DNA of 64,000 nucleotides from an uncultured virus (IMG/VR IMGVR_UViG_3300038679_000356) (lineage: Duplodnaviria > Heunggongvirae > Uroviricota > Caudoviricetes): IMG/VR virus record IMGVR_UViG_3300038679_000356, one strand, 5' to 3'. The notes beneath the pieces were generated by a model that did no database searches, was not told the DNA's origin, and saw only the letters and a program-made list of their open reading frames with translations. The first letter of the stretch is position 1. Each line of letters starts with the position of its first letter. Below, piece after piece: positions 1 to 9,480 of this stretch. The position numbers and the translations under genes are program-made.

Positions 1-536
1 TTTTTTACACTGGTGAAAACCATGCCAGTTTCACGAATGAATTCTCTTTTCATATCTGAGTTATGTCGAACGTAACTTGTATCTTCATCGCAGAAAGAGA
101 AACCCCTATTGAAGAATTGTTCAATCCAATAACGGCAAGGTTTGACGTTTACATGGTGATGAGCCTTCGGGTTCTGAGATGCGGTAACTAAAACAACTCG
201 ACAAGAAGCGAAAACCTGAAAATAGTTATCCATGTAAATCTCATCTACATGCTCAAGAAATTCTACACTCCATCCAAAATCTCTCTCAGCAACATGCAAA
301 GGACCAGTAGAAAAATCATGAATGATAGTCGGAACACTTCTTACAATTGTGTAGTCACCATCAATCCCAATACAGTCGATTCCCATATCAATCATTTCTC
401 GAACCATTCCGCCAGGTCCACAACCGATATCGTAGGCAGTTTTGATCCCGTATTTGTCGCGTAAATACGTCACGCTATTACGATCAATGTGCGTTATGTT
501 GGCGTGTCCACCAAGGTGTTGCGGGAGAACATCCAT
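1..536 (-). CDS. Class I SAM-dependent methyltransferase (runs off the left edge; absent from ORF track)
   Basis: Hand translation from ATG at 536: MDVLPQHLGGHANITHID...TAYDIGCGPGGMV...IGIDGD...WSVEFLEHVDE...HHHVNVKP..YW. DIGCGPG is SAM-binding motif I. The start overlaps the upstream stop (TAATG). Confidence 0.8.
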   Translation of the reverse strand, partial: MDVLPQHLGGHANITHIDRNSVTYLRDKYGIKTAYDIGCGPGGMVREMIDMGIDCIGIDGDYTIVRSVPTIIHDFSTGPLHVAERDFGWSVEFLEHVDEIYMDNYFQVFASCRVVLVTASQNPKAHHHVNVKPCRYWIEQFFNRGFSFCDEDTSYVRHNSDMKREFIRETGMVFTSVK

Positions 537-1264
537 TATTTATCTCCAATCGAAGTTGCTTTGATCTCATCTATAGTTGGACGACGACCGATCATGCTCG
601 TGATTCTTTGAAGTGGACTTGTGATGTAGAAGAAATATTTGGCGACATTCTTCGGATCTTCGAGTTTTTCCCCAGTTAGCTCGCTTTCAACAATATCCCA
701 TGCTCCATTCTCGTCGGCATATTCTTTCAAGTCTTTCATAATAGACAAGGCATGCCATTTCTTTACCTCATTTTCGGAGATGTAAAGAAGTGTTACTGGT
801 TGTCCAGAAAGCCTAGCAATTGCCGTGCGCGTTGCTCCACCGGAGAGAAGTAGGGAACCGTCACGCCGCATGATTGCCAGGGGCATTGGAAGCTCTTTTC
901 CAGCCTTTATGGAGGCGACCATTGAGTCTGGGTCTTTCGTCTCTCCATATGATTGAACCAACTTTTTCATTTTATCGTACGAATCAAAGGAAAAACGCCA
1001 GGCGTTATCCTTGGATAAGTCATCGGGATTAACGGTGGTTTCCTTGAGGTGAGTTTTGAAAAACTGCCAAGCTGCTTCGGTTTCTTCCGGAGATGGATAA
1101 CCACCACCAGCTATCATCAGGTTTTCCGTATCAGCTTCCTTAAACTCCGCAAGCAATTCGCGGTCTATCGGTCGTCTCCACTTAATGGGAGGCAATTGTA
1201 TGCGCTTATCCAGCTCTGCATCTTGCGAGATACGGATAATCGTCGATTTTATTCCATTAATCAT
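536..1264 (-). CDS. ParB/Srx-like N-terminal domain protein
   Basis: SMVASIKAGKELPMPLAIMRRDGSLLLSGGATRTAIARLSG resembles the ParB/sulfiredoxin 'P-I-x..(D)G-x-x-R' core. Confidence 0.5.
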   Translation of the reverse strand: MINGIKSTIIRISQDAELDKRIQLPPIKWRRPIDRELLAEFKEADTENLMIAGGGYPSPEETEAAWQFFKTHLKETTVNPDDLSKDNAWRFSFDSYDKMKKLVQSYGETKDPDSMVASIKAGKELPMPLAIMRRDGSLLLSGGATRTAIARLSGQPVTLLYISENEVKKWHALSIMKDLKEYADENGAWDIVESELTGEKLEDPKNVAKYFFYITSPLQRITSMIGRRPTIDEIKATSIGDK

Positions 1265-1320
1265 ATTAGGCTCGTGCTGGTTTTGCTCTCACCTCGATCC
1301 ATTCATAAAATTGCGGGCTT

Positions 1321-1422
1321 GCACCTGTTACCAACGACGGTCCGCTCGCCGTAACTCAAGGAGTAGTCGTGAACACTATCCGAAAACAACCTCCAAAAAT
1401 ATCCACGACACGGTACAGGTGC
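1321..1422 (-). ncRNA. Candidate multi-stem structured RNA (unknown family)
   Basis: On the minus strand GCACCTGT-ACC pairs with GGT-A-ACAGGTGC and encloses GTCGTGGATAT/GTGTTCACGAC (11 bp with G-U pairs) and ACGGCG/CGTCGT. It lies in a non-coding gap with a TATATT box about 10 nt upstream. Confidence 0.45.
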
Positions 1423-1458
1423 GTCGCCGTACAATATATCTCTTGGAGGCGAGAAAAA

Positions 1459-1611
1459 TCAGCGATTTAAGGCTTTAACGACCTTTACTGTTAAAGTCGT
1501 CGCCGTAAAAATCATGCAACCGACAGCAATGATGTCAATCGTTTTTGCCCACCAAGGCATGTTTACCCATGTTTCCTTGATGCGTTTTTGATCAATGAAA
1601 TTGATTTTCAT
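1459..1611 (-). CDS. Small single-pass membrane protein
   Basis: MKINFIDQKR...WWAKTIDIIAVGCMIFTATTLTV; the internal ATG of track ORF 1459..1746 has AAAAGGA upstream. Confidence 0.5.
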   Translation of the reverse strand: MKINFIDQKRIKETWVNMPWWAKTIDIIAVGCMIFTATTLTVKVVKALNR

Positions 1612-1624
1612 GTGCGTCCTTTTG

Positions 1625-2182
1625 TTAGGAGTTATAGGCTGCAATTGAATCGACGTAATTTTCTGGCGCTCCCGTCTTCCTTTCTTCTTCGGATGACTTT
1701 TGTGCATCCCAAGCAATATTATAAGCTTCATCGGTCGGGAAGCCAAATGGGAAGGTAAGGGCGAGATCGTTCATAGTTATCTCTCCTCTATTTGTTTCCC
1801 CATCCTTATTGAAAAGTTTACTGAATGGACTGATCTCCTCCCCCTTTTGTTTTTTATTGAACATTTTACTCAACGTGACTGCCCACATTGTGCAATGTGC
1901 TGGCGTGTGACAAAGACAGGACACAAAAGCAATTGCATGGTCATTTGCTTTGAATGACGCGAAAGCAATTGCATGGTCATTTGTCTTGAATCCCGATTCT
2001 GGATTGATAGCAAGCCTGCTTTTGATGATGCGGAAAGCAGTGCTACCCATTACTTCTTCTGGAATTTTTTCTTTGTCGAGTTCCATCATCATAATATTCA
2101 GAAATATTTTTGATGTACTCTTTGACATCTCTTCGACCGAATAGCCTTGCAATCCCAGTTCTTTGAAAGACATTTCGCTCAC
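1625..2182 (-). CDS. Hypothetical protein with internal duplication (NDHAIAF x2)
   Basis: 185-aa ORF with GGAG RBS, overlapping the upstream stop. Confidence 0.65.
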   Translation of the reverse strand: MSEMSFKELGLQGYSVEEMSKSTSKIFLNIMMMELDKEKIPEEVMGSTAFRIIKSRLAINPESGFKTNDHAIAFASFKANDHAIAFVSCLCHTPAHCTMWAVTLSKMFNKKQKGEEISPFSKLFNKDGETNRGEITMNDLALTFPFGFPTDEAYNIAWDAQKSSEEERKTGAPENYVDSIAAYNS

Positions 2183-2997
2183 TCCTTAATGATGTATCGG
2201 TTATCGATTGGGATTAATACCTTGTGTCCAAGCGCAATAACTTGAGTATAAAGATCAGCAGCAAAATTTGATATCGTCTGCAATGGACGACTGCACAGCC
2301 AACCACATTGAGCATAGCTCATTGGGATCTCATTGGTGTGCGGGATTCCAAGCAGAGAACAAACATTCTTCGCCTTATCACCGCTCATCCTGACAATAAT
2401 ATCTGTTTTTCCGGCTGCAGGCGGCGTACAAATACCCAACGTTTGTTTGAGTTGATTTGCCCCATGGTCATAGTCTGTGTCAGGACCAACGTAAATCGCT
2501 GGGTGATAGCCGAAAAAGCACCAGCGTGTCGGATCATAAATCGCACCACTTTTCAGTAAAATCCAACCGTGACGAACGAGGTTTTTTCGCCCACCGCAAA
2601 ACGACCATGTTGAATCTTCGCTGATTTTGCCATGGTAAATTCCGTAGCAAAGTTCACCTTCAATAATCCCATTATCAAGGATCAATGATGCCACCTCGTG
2701 ACACCTTCCATTCCATTTCGCAGGCAAGATTCCAATTACTCTGCCGATTGCCTGTGGGTCAAGAGCCAACTTGCTCACCTGGCTATAGGAAGTCAGTTCA
2801 TTTTCAAATTCGCATGGGTCAAAGGCGTCAACTCCAGAGCCTTGATAGATCTCAATGAATAAACTTTGCATAACGTCTCTCTTATTGCATGTGATGCAAA
2901 TTTGTGTTACATGTTCTTTGCTTTCAAAGTCTCTAAAACACTTCGTTCTTCCACAATGAACCTGGAATAGCGGACAACCGGGTTTTTCTTTGACCAA
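2179..2997 (-). CDS. Transglutaminase/papain-like Cys-His-Asp protein (true start probably the internal MQSLF)
   Basis: NGRCHEVA...RHGWIL...IYDPTR. Confidence 0.5.
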   Translation of the reverse strand: MVKEKPGCPLFQVHCGRTKCFRDFESKEHVTQICITCNKRDVMQSLFIEIYQGSGVDAFDPCEFENELTSYSQVSKLALDPQAIGRVIGILPAKWNGRCHEVASLILDNGIIEGELCYGIYHGKISEDSTWSFCGGRKNLVRHGWILLKSGAIYDPTRWCFFGYHPAIYVGPDTDYDHGANQLKQTLGICTPPAAGKTDIIVRMSGDKAKNVCSLLGIPHTNEIPMSYAQCGWLCSRPLQTISNFAADLYTQVIALGHKVLIPIDNRYIIKE

Positions 2998-3131
2998 TCC
3001 GGCGTGCTGGCGTTTGTGTGGTCCACCTTCTCTTTCGCTGTCTGAATGGAGTGGGACATTTCTGGCAGTAGAAAATATTCACGTCCATCTTCGTTGATGC
3101 GAACGGCGCAGTACGCTTCAATGTTGAGCAT
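2907..3131 (-). CDS. Small hypothetical protein
   Basis: 74-aa ORF with GAGG RBS, downstream of the promoter at 3194-3221. Confidence 0.55.
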   Translation of the reverse strand: MLNIEAYCAVRINEDGREYFLLPEMSHSIQTAKEKVDHTNASTPDWSKKNPVVRYSRFIVEERSVLETLKAKNM

Positions 3132-3193
3132 TTTCGGTTCCTCTAATCTGCATTTTTTGGATGATCATTTGTTGCTATTATCTTTATGTATTA

Positions 3194-3221
3194 AATATAG
3201 TCTGACAACAATGAGATTCAA
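3194..3221 (-). promoter_or_regulatory. Sigma70-like promoter TTGAAT-N16-TATATT
   Basis: Direct read; the -35 box contains the TGA stop of ORF 3218..3853. Confidence 0.7.
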
Positions 3222-3853
3222 GTCGCATGCTTAAATTTTTCATCGAACCTGTCAAATGGAGTATTCATTATCTCGTCCATTGGTTCGGTCTGGGTGAAAA
3301 CAAGCTCGTAGTTTTTATGGCGGCATCTATCACCATTTGACTTAACGCCATGCATGCGCATACATTTTTCCATCATGTTTTTTCGCAGCATATAGCCAAC
3401 GATCATGATTGACGCAGTCCTGGTGGAACGATCTTCTTCATGTAAGTATGAGACAATATATATGTCATGGCTTGGCTCGATCACCATTCCTGTTTCTGTG
3501 AGGTAGCGAACGTAGCACTTATTGCTATCTCTTGAAGCGCATTTTACGTCTATTTTACAGGTTCCAATTATATTGTCGTAATCATCGCCACGTTCACGGT
3601 AAGCAAGATCGACGGGAATGTTTAGTAGTGTTGAAAAAGCCATTTGACCAAGGAGCCCGATCCGAGTCACCCTACATTCATCATCCGTTGAGTTGAGTAA
3701 CCCCTTGCCATATATCCCGCTTTTTTTATTCGCCCAAAAAATATGCGAAGCCGCATCGCATTTGTCATAATCATCACCAGTAATTGACACAAGAGGACAT
3801 TTGCGAATCCCGCCACCGTATAGCTCGTAGTCGAAAATGGTCACTTCAAGCAT
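3218..3853 (-). CDS. Putative PD-(D/E)XK-type nuclease
   Basis: GLLGQMAF...GDDYDNII...IDVKC pattern; overlaps the end of the methylase gene. Confidence 0.45.
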   Translation of the reverse strand: MLEVTIFDYELYGGGIRKCPLVSITGDDYDKCDAASHIFWANKKSGIYGKGLLNSTDDECRVTRIGLLGQMAFSTLLNIPVDLAYRERGDDYDNIIGTCKIDVKCASRDSNKCYVRYLTETGMVIEPSHDIYIVSYLHEEDRSTRTASIMIVGYMLRKNMMEKCMRMHGVKSNGDRCRHKNYELVFTQTEPMDEIMNTPFDRFDEKFKHAT

Positions 3854-4691
3854 AAATCAAAAGCTCCGGCTTGATCCTGGATGATCGTTCACCATCTTCA
3901 TTTTTTGTTCCAGTAATTGAATAGTTAACGTTTAGCGCATCAATATTCGACCACCAGTAAAGATCTCGTATTTCCTGGCAATCGTCATACGATAGAACCC
4001 ATGGACAATCGCACTTTCTTAACGCTTCAGCCAATCGGATATGATCTGATGCGGAAAATCCATGTTGGTATAAATCTCCCCCCTTATGATAGTATGGTGG
4101 ATCAAGATAGATGATGGTGTCTTTTCCGCCTGCAAGGATAACTTCTTCAAAATCAAGACAAGTACAACGACCACCAAATACTTCGACAGTTGAGAAGCGC
4201 TTATGGAGTAGGTCTATTTTACGGCAGATGTATTCCGGAGACCACCTACAGTCTATTTTGTAGCGAGATGCCTGCTTTCTTCCGCCAAGTGGTCCTCCCG
4301 ATTTTGTTCCCAAGCCAGAGTATGAAATCTGATGAATGGCAAGTTTCTCAAATCCACACTCTACTGTATCCATATTCAATCCAGAGGTCAGATTCAACTT
4401 GAATTGATCAAACGCCTCAATCGACGGCTTGAAATTCATGACCATTTCTTTAAGCGCTTCTGGATGCTTGATGACTGACGTCCAAAGATCAGAGATGCCC
4501 TTATCGAAATCATTTATCCATATCTTCTCCCAAGAATGATTTTGGGAGAGGAATTTTGTTCCTACACTGCCACCACCAAAAAATGGTTCACGCAGTTCAA
4601 CAATACCACCTTTACGAATGTATTCGTTGAAATGCTGTGATATGACATTCCATATCTTTGATTTTCCACCTGGATACCGAAAAAAGGACAT
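3846..4691 (-). CDS. dam: DNA adenine methyltransferase (D12/Dam family)
   Basis: FRYPGGKS, EPFFGGGSV, IND, YLDPPY, WVLSYDD, ELLI motifs. Confidence 0.92.
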   Translation of the reverse strand: MSFFRYPGGKSKIWNVISQHFNEYIRKGGIVELREPFFGGGSVGTKFLSQNHSWEKIWINDFDKGISDLWTSVIKHPEALKEMVMNFKPSIEAFDQFKLNLTSGLNMDTVECGFEKLAIHQISYSGLGTKSGGPLGGRKQASRYKIDCRWSPEYICRKIDLLHKRFSTVEVFGGRCTCLDFEEVILAGGKDTIIYLDPPYYHKGGDLYQHGFSASDHIRLAEALRKCDCPWVLSYDDCQEIRDLYWWSNIDALNVNYSITGTKNEDGERSSRIKPELLIYA

Positions 4692-4694
4692 TGC

Positions 4695-5315
4695 TCATTT
4701 CTTTTTCTTGGATGCAGGCTTTTTAACTGGCTTCTTCGATCTTGGCTCCTTTGTGTGTCGGACATGAGGCGGAGGCGTGGATAATGCTGTAGTGGGAAAT
4801 GGAATCGTTCCATTTTCCGCCTTAGTTTCCTGCTCTGCAATCTTCTCTTTGAGAGTCGGTATTGCAGCATCATCACTCATCATGACCGGCTTGAACTGGT
4901 AATCTCCCTTGAACCCAGAGAGAGTATGGTCAATAACCAACGTCTGTTTTCCGTCGGAAATGGCAATGCGACGCACCGCACAGGTGCCAATGACATACCC
5001 CTTCATCGTTTGTGGTCCGTTTTTTTCATAACCTACGACAACACCTTCCCCGATATTGACGTTGGTACTGCCAATCAACTTATCAAACTCCTCGGAAGGA
5101 CGAACTGGATGCCCAACGCTCAGGGCGGCGATGGCTTTTCCTACAGAGTCAGCTTCGAATCCGAAATCACGAACCTTGATCAAACGGATTGCTGCCAAAT
5201 AATAGGCTTCTTCCGGACTAAATTTACTTTTTATCGGATCAATTCCACACTTGGATAATAGATCCAATTCTGTAGCGGAATAGATGTGATTTATTTCTTT
5301 CGTCTTCTTTGGCAT
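4695..5315 (-). CDS. Hypothetical protein with Lys-rich C-terminal tail
   Basis: 206-aa ORF, GGAG/AGG RBS, ends KKPVKKPASKKKK. Confidence 0.65.
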   Translation of the reverse strand: MPKKTKEINHIYSATELDLLSKCGIDPIKSKFSPEEAYYLAAIRLIKVRDFGFEADSVGKAIAALSVGHPVRPSEEFDKLIGSTNVNIGEGVVVGYEKNGPQTMKGYVIGTCAVRRIAISDGKQTLVIDHTLSGFKGDYQFKPVMMSDDAAIPTLKEKIAEQETKAENGTIPFPTTALSTPPPHVRHTKEPRSKKPVKKPASKKKK

Positions 5316-5329
5316 TTTACCTTCTCCTG

Positions 5330-5932
5330 TCAGATTATGGACAATTCGTCATTCATATTCAGCTTAGCCGCATCGTGCCATTCACGGTAGTCGCTATCGG
5401 ACTTGAAAAAATCACGTCCTATAATGTATTCTTTTTTGATCATCCCTTCCAGGAACGCCTTTCTTCCTGAAATCCACTTGGAATAACCGTAAACTCCGAC
5501 AAACTCATCTTTAATGAGAGGATTGTATACCCAATACATCGGAGTGCCCAACGAATACAAATCCAGTCCAGGTACAGTCCAGTCTCGGACGGTGTTTTCT
5601 CCGCCACACAAAACTGACCCGGTATCAATAATGTATTCGGACGCATCGCTGATGTCTTTTGGTGGGAAAGCAATATCCCCATCATTAGCCATCCGAATCA
5701 TTATCGATACACTGTTTGTTTCATTCGCCATTGGCGTTGATGGGATGTTATAAACGACATCATGCATGAGGATTGCAAGAGAATGGGCGTCGGTCAAGTC
5801 GATTTTTAAAAATGCGGCAGTGTTAAACATTGCCGACACGTGATTCAACGTGTGATAATGCCGATGTGGCTCGCAATATCGTGACAACACTTCCATGAAG
5901 GCGGATAGGCGAAAATTAGACCTGTCAAACAT
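5330..5932 (-). CDS. HD-superfamily metal-dependent phosphohydrolase
   Basis: YCEPHRHYHTLNH...AILMHDVVY...NE..S...DL..LG...R..FL. Confidence 0.85.
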   Translation of the reverse strand: MFDRSNFRLSAFMEVLSRYCEPHRHYHTLNHVSAMFNTAAFLKIDLTDAHSLAILMHDVVYNIPSTPMANETNSVSIMIRMANDGDIAFPPKDISDASEYIIDTGSVLCGGENTVRDWTVPGLDLYSLGTPMYWVYNPLIKDEFVGVYGYSKWISGRKAFLEGMIKKEYIIGRDFFKSDSDYREWHDAAKLNMNDELSII

Positions 5933-5959
5933 ACCGTTCTCTTTGTTTGTTGTATGAGG

Positions 5960-5987
5960 AATATCCTGTACCTGGAAAACAATTCAA
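5960..5987 (-). promoter_or_regulatory. Promoter TTGAAT-N16-GATATT
   Basis: Direct read; the -35 box contains the TGA stop of 5984..6511. Confidence 0.55.
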
Positions 5988-6511
5988 GAGGTTTTGTTGT
6001 TTTTCTCAAGTATGTCCGTACCAATGAAGCCATCGAATATTTTACTGGTGTTTTCCTTGTAAGAGTGAATGATTTCACTAGTGATAATCGCAAATTCTTC
6101 TTCTGTGAAATGAGGCTTCAAGCTGAGTACCGCAAGATATAGTGCATCTCCGCTCATAAAACTCCTCGCCATACCGCCGACAAAAAAGCGCAACACTTTT
6201 TTCCAGTCCACATCGGGAGATACTTCCTTCCGATGCCTAGCGTTGATGATCTCAGGAGTTGGAATATTTTTACGGTCAGTGTTGAACAGAGAAGAAGAGC
6301 AGCCATCACCGATATACAAATCGGCGGCGTATTGGGAGTCCATGGAGACGAGATTGCAGCGCCATTTTTCCCCGTTCCAGCGAAGTGCTCGGCAGCCTCC
6401 ATCCTCCGGCTTTCGCCAGAGGTTGAATTTGTTTGCCAATCCACATGGACCGGTGCGGCAACAATGTCCGCAACCGACACATGGCTTGACTTCAATTCCA
6501 TCAATTTCCAT
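5984..6511 (-). CDS. CxxCxxCC cysteine-cluster protein (YkgJ-like, Zn or Fe-S)
   Basis: CVGCGHCC...C...C.AL.....C. Confidence 0.7.
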   Translation of the reverse strand: MEIDGIEVKPCVGCGHCCRTGPCGLANKFNLWRKPEDGGCRALRWNGEKWRCNLVSMDSQYAADLYIGDGCSSSLFNTDRKNIPTPEIINARHRKEVSPDVDWKKVLRFFVGGMARSFMSGDALYLAVLSLKPHFTEEEFAIITSEIIHSYKENTSKIFDGFIGTDILEKNNKTS

Positions 6512-7113
6512 CAGAATGAACTCTTGAAAGTTGATTTTATGGAAACGAGATCAAGGGCTTCAGTCAGGTCGTCAAAAACGATGTTGGGTTCACGTTCAAA
6601 AACTCTCCCCCATCTGCGATCAGTAACCTGTTTGAAACCACACAGCACAGCTTTGTAATCATGGGAATTGACTACGTCCATCAACGGAATGGCGATATCC
6701 ATTGCATGGGTTACGATTGTCACAACACCAGTCTGGCAATTTTGTGTCGCTTTGGCGAGTTCATACGCCATAAGCGTCGACATGGTGATTGTATCGAATC
6801 CGTGAGGCTTGCTTCCGGGAGCTGCCGATGGGACAGACAGCCTGTAGTCTATACCAATGAACTCAAACCCAGCCGCCTCCCACAACTCACGAAATTTTGT
6901 CATGGAATAGGTTGGTTTCTGTTCATCGCAAGTGGAAAAGACCTTCAACACCGAATGAGTAAACGTTGGCATTCCGTTATCCTCAGCGACATTATCGCTG
7001 AGATTGCGAAAATATTCTGCTGCCTTCGCAATGTCGAGCTTGTATTCATTGGAGTATTTTGATGCAAAATGCAATGACGCACAATCAACGAGGATGATCT
7101 CTTGAAGATCCAT
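6511..7113 (-). CDS. Degenerate NYN/LabA-like domain protein
   Basis: ILVDCASL at the N-terminus and VTIVTHAMDIAIPL align by eye with NYN motifs VDxxN and LVSGDGDF. Confidence 0.4.
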   Translation of the reverse strand: MDLQEIILVDCASLHFASKYSNEYKLDIAKAAEYFRNLSDNVAEDNGMPTFTHSVLKVFSTCDEQKPTYSMTKFRELWEAAGFEFIGIDYRLSVPSAAPGSKPHGFDTITMSTLMAYELAKATQNCQTGVVTIVTHAMDIAIPLMDVVNSHDYKAVLCGFKQVTDRRWGRVFEREPNIVFDDLTEALDLVSIKSTFKSSF

Positions 7114-7216
7114 ACGAATCCTTTGTAGGTTTTGGAGACGACTTTAATCGACAAACTTTTGTGTTTGTCGGGTCATCTTCCGTTAATTATTGAGAATATT
7201 ATATGTGAATAACTAT

Positions 7217-7244
7217 ATTATATCCACAATTTTCTTAAAGTCAA
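7217..7244 (-). promoter_or_regulatory. Promoter TTGACT-N16-TATAAT
   Basis: Near-consensus; the -35 box contains the TGA stop of 7241..9220. Confidence 0.8.
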
Positions 7245-9220
7245 GTTTTGTTTTTAGATAATCTTGAAAGCGCGTTAGCGTAGTCTTTATAAAGGGAAAG
7301 GAAGGAATTTAAGAACACTTCGCCACGTCCACGCAACTCTAAAAACCTATTGTATGTATCCTTAATTACTTTAATCCGATGTTGCAAGAATGGGATAAAT
7401 TCTTGCCCCATGTTACCAAGCTGTTCGATCGCACGAAGTAAGCTACGCGAAAAAAATGTGTTGTATATTTCTTTCTCTGGTGGTGTCTTCTCAGTTTTTG
7501 ACGCCATTTTGCGATAAAAATCCAGGGCGATTGGACTATGCTCTCCAGCAGACGCCAACACGAAGAGAGTATTTGCCTCAATACGGTTAACGAAATCGTC
7601 GGCAGGTTTTTCAGGAAGAGAGAAGGAGCGAGCCGTCAATGGAGCGTCTTCAGCGATATCAATCAATTTATGAACCAATTCTTGTGGAATTGGGTTATTT
7701 ACTGAGAAGACTTTATCAATTAATTCTGTTGCGTCATTAAATTTTACTGAATAAGAAATTTCCTTCGTGTCTATTTTTCTATCCATAATGGTTAATTCAT
7801 TCAGTCTTTTCTGCGTCAACTGCACAAGAGAAGCAATAGCGATTTGCTTTTCTGGTCCTTCCGGCATGGATTTCACTTGTTTGGAGAATTCTACATCAAT
7901 ATCTTCTTGGTCGCGAGAAACAATTTTTTCCTTAAAAATCCCCAGTTTCTTCTCAATGATGTCCCTGTATTCTCTTGCATAATTTGGAAGTATTTGGCGA
8001 AGATCGGTTAATTGTTGGTTTGTCAACCTGTCAATGTTTTTTCCTATTAACCAATCAAAAGCCTGCTTTCTTTTCTCATAAGACACAGTACGTACTACAT
8101 CGTATGGGTTTAGAACGTACTCATCGTTCTCGTCAACATCTTCCCACTCGCCACCATAATCTTGACGCCAGCTTGAGTCATAAAAAAGATCTTTAGCAGC
8201 TCGCTCTGCCTCTTCCTTGCTATCGTATTTAATTTTTTCTTGAATCTCAGCTTCTCTCTCGTCAATTACATTGTCATTGATTCGAATGTACCATTCATAG
8301 GCTAGGTTTAACGCGGCATCCATGGCTTCTTCAATCGATTTGAAGTAATATATTTTATCTGGCACAGAATCGGACCATTTACCACCAACCCGATTGTACC
8401 GTCCTGATAGATTTTCTTCTTTTTGTTTAGAACCAATCCAATTTTTTACAGTCTTTAAAAACAAATCACTGAGGCTGGAGTTATTAACACCGTAAACCGT
8501 TGTTTCCGGAATAGCTAAGGAATCCCCCTGTTCACCAACAAGCCGCTTAATGTGAATTCTGCCAATAGGATGTGCTATTTGCTTGTCTTCTTCCCGAATG
8601 AGATAAGCTACCAGACTTCCTACTGCAACCTCACAATAAATATCTTCCTTGTGATGTCCATCATCTAAATTCATACATGAGGTCCAACCTCTGTTTGTAG
8701 ACATGCTGCCAATATCATGCGGCAACTGCGAAATAACAACCAACAACTTATTATCAATATTCTTCCCAGCACGTGCATGCGAATTGGCGTAATCTGCTTC
8801 AAGCCCATTGACGAAGGGAACTGTGGATTTTAAGTCAATGAGTTGTATATCTATATCTGGATCGCCAGTATTCTTTCCGGAAGGAGAAAGCTCTTTTATT
8901 TTACGGTCAATCAATTCATTCTCTTGTTCAACATACCTTCGAAGAATTTTCCCAATCCTTGTTTTACGACCATTCTTTTCCGCCAACCCCGCTATGTAAT
9001 CTTCTGGACTTACTTTATACCCCAAATCTTCAAGCGTTCCAATCACACGCTTGTCCTCTCTGGATGGTGAGAAAACCGTTTTATCACCGCTCTCTAATGG
9101 AATGTAAATCCTCCCAGACTGATCAAACCACTTCTTAAATGGATATGGATTTGATTCTGCCGCCTCTTCAACGGCGGCACGATGCTTTTCATATTCAGCG
9201 TGTTTATTGAGCCAGGACAT
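7241..9220 (-). CDS. Large hypothetical protein (MSWLNKHA N-terminus, SMS..RGWTSCM motif, helical C-terminus); possible virion-internal protein
   Basis: 659-aa ORF; N-terminus resembles that of 12384..13124. Confidence 0.7.
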   Translation of the reverse strand: MSWLNKHAEYEKHRAAVEEAAESNPYPFKKWFDQSGRIYIPLESGDKTVFSPSREDKRVIGTLEDLGYKVSPEDYIAGLAEKNGRKTRIGKILRRYVEQENELIDRKIKELSPSGKNTGDPDIDIQLIDLKSTVPFVNGLEADYANSHARAGKNIDNKLLVVISQLPHDIGSMSTNRGWTSCMNLDDGHHKEDIYCEVAVGSLVAYLIREEDKQIAHPIGRIHIKRLVGEQGDSLAIPETTVYGVNNSSLSDLFLKTVKNWIGSKQKEENLSGRYNRVGGKWSDSVPDKIYYFKSIEEAMDAALNLAYEWYIRINDNVIDEREAEIQEKIKYDSKEEAERAAKDLFYDSSWRQDYGGEWEDVDENDEYVLNPYDVVRTVSYEKRKQAFDWLIGKNIDRLTNQQLTDLRQILPNYAREYRDIIEKKLGIFKEKIVSRDQEDIDVEFSKQVKSMPEGPEKQIAIASLVQLTQKRLNELTIMDRKIDTKEISYSVKFNDATELIDKVFSVNNPIPQELVHKLIDIAEDAPLTARSFSLPEKPADDFVNRIEANTLFVLASAGEHSPIALDFYRKMASKTEKTPPEKEIYNTFFSRSLLRAIEQLGNMGQEFIPFLQHRIKVIKDTYNRFLELRGRGEVFLNSFLSLYKDYANALSRLSKNKT

Positions 9221-9480
9221 AATTAAATTCCAGGTGGTGCGTTTTTAACTTATATTCGACACCAACCGAAATCAATCCTTTTTTAGAAACCATCGCCCAT
9301 CACGCCGACAGGCAATCATAACTTCATTTCCACGACCATGCGAAACGTCGAGGTAAGCAGCAATAGGTGGATCGAACGAATAATCCACTTTGAACGCAAC
9401 GCTTGCCCCCATTCTATCCACTCGTTCCTGGAACGCGACAGCATCACATTCCAGGAACCCTTCAAGTGGATTAACGGGGG

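Noticed and set aside
1300..1430. tRNA or SAM-I riboswitch (GGTGCAAGCCC resembles a T-loop)
   Set aside because: There is no proper T-stem, anticodon arm or CCA, and the SAM-I core is missing; it is kept only as an unknown structured RNA.
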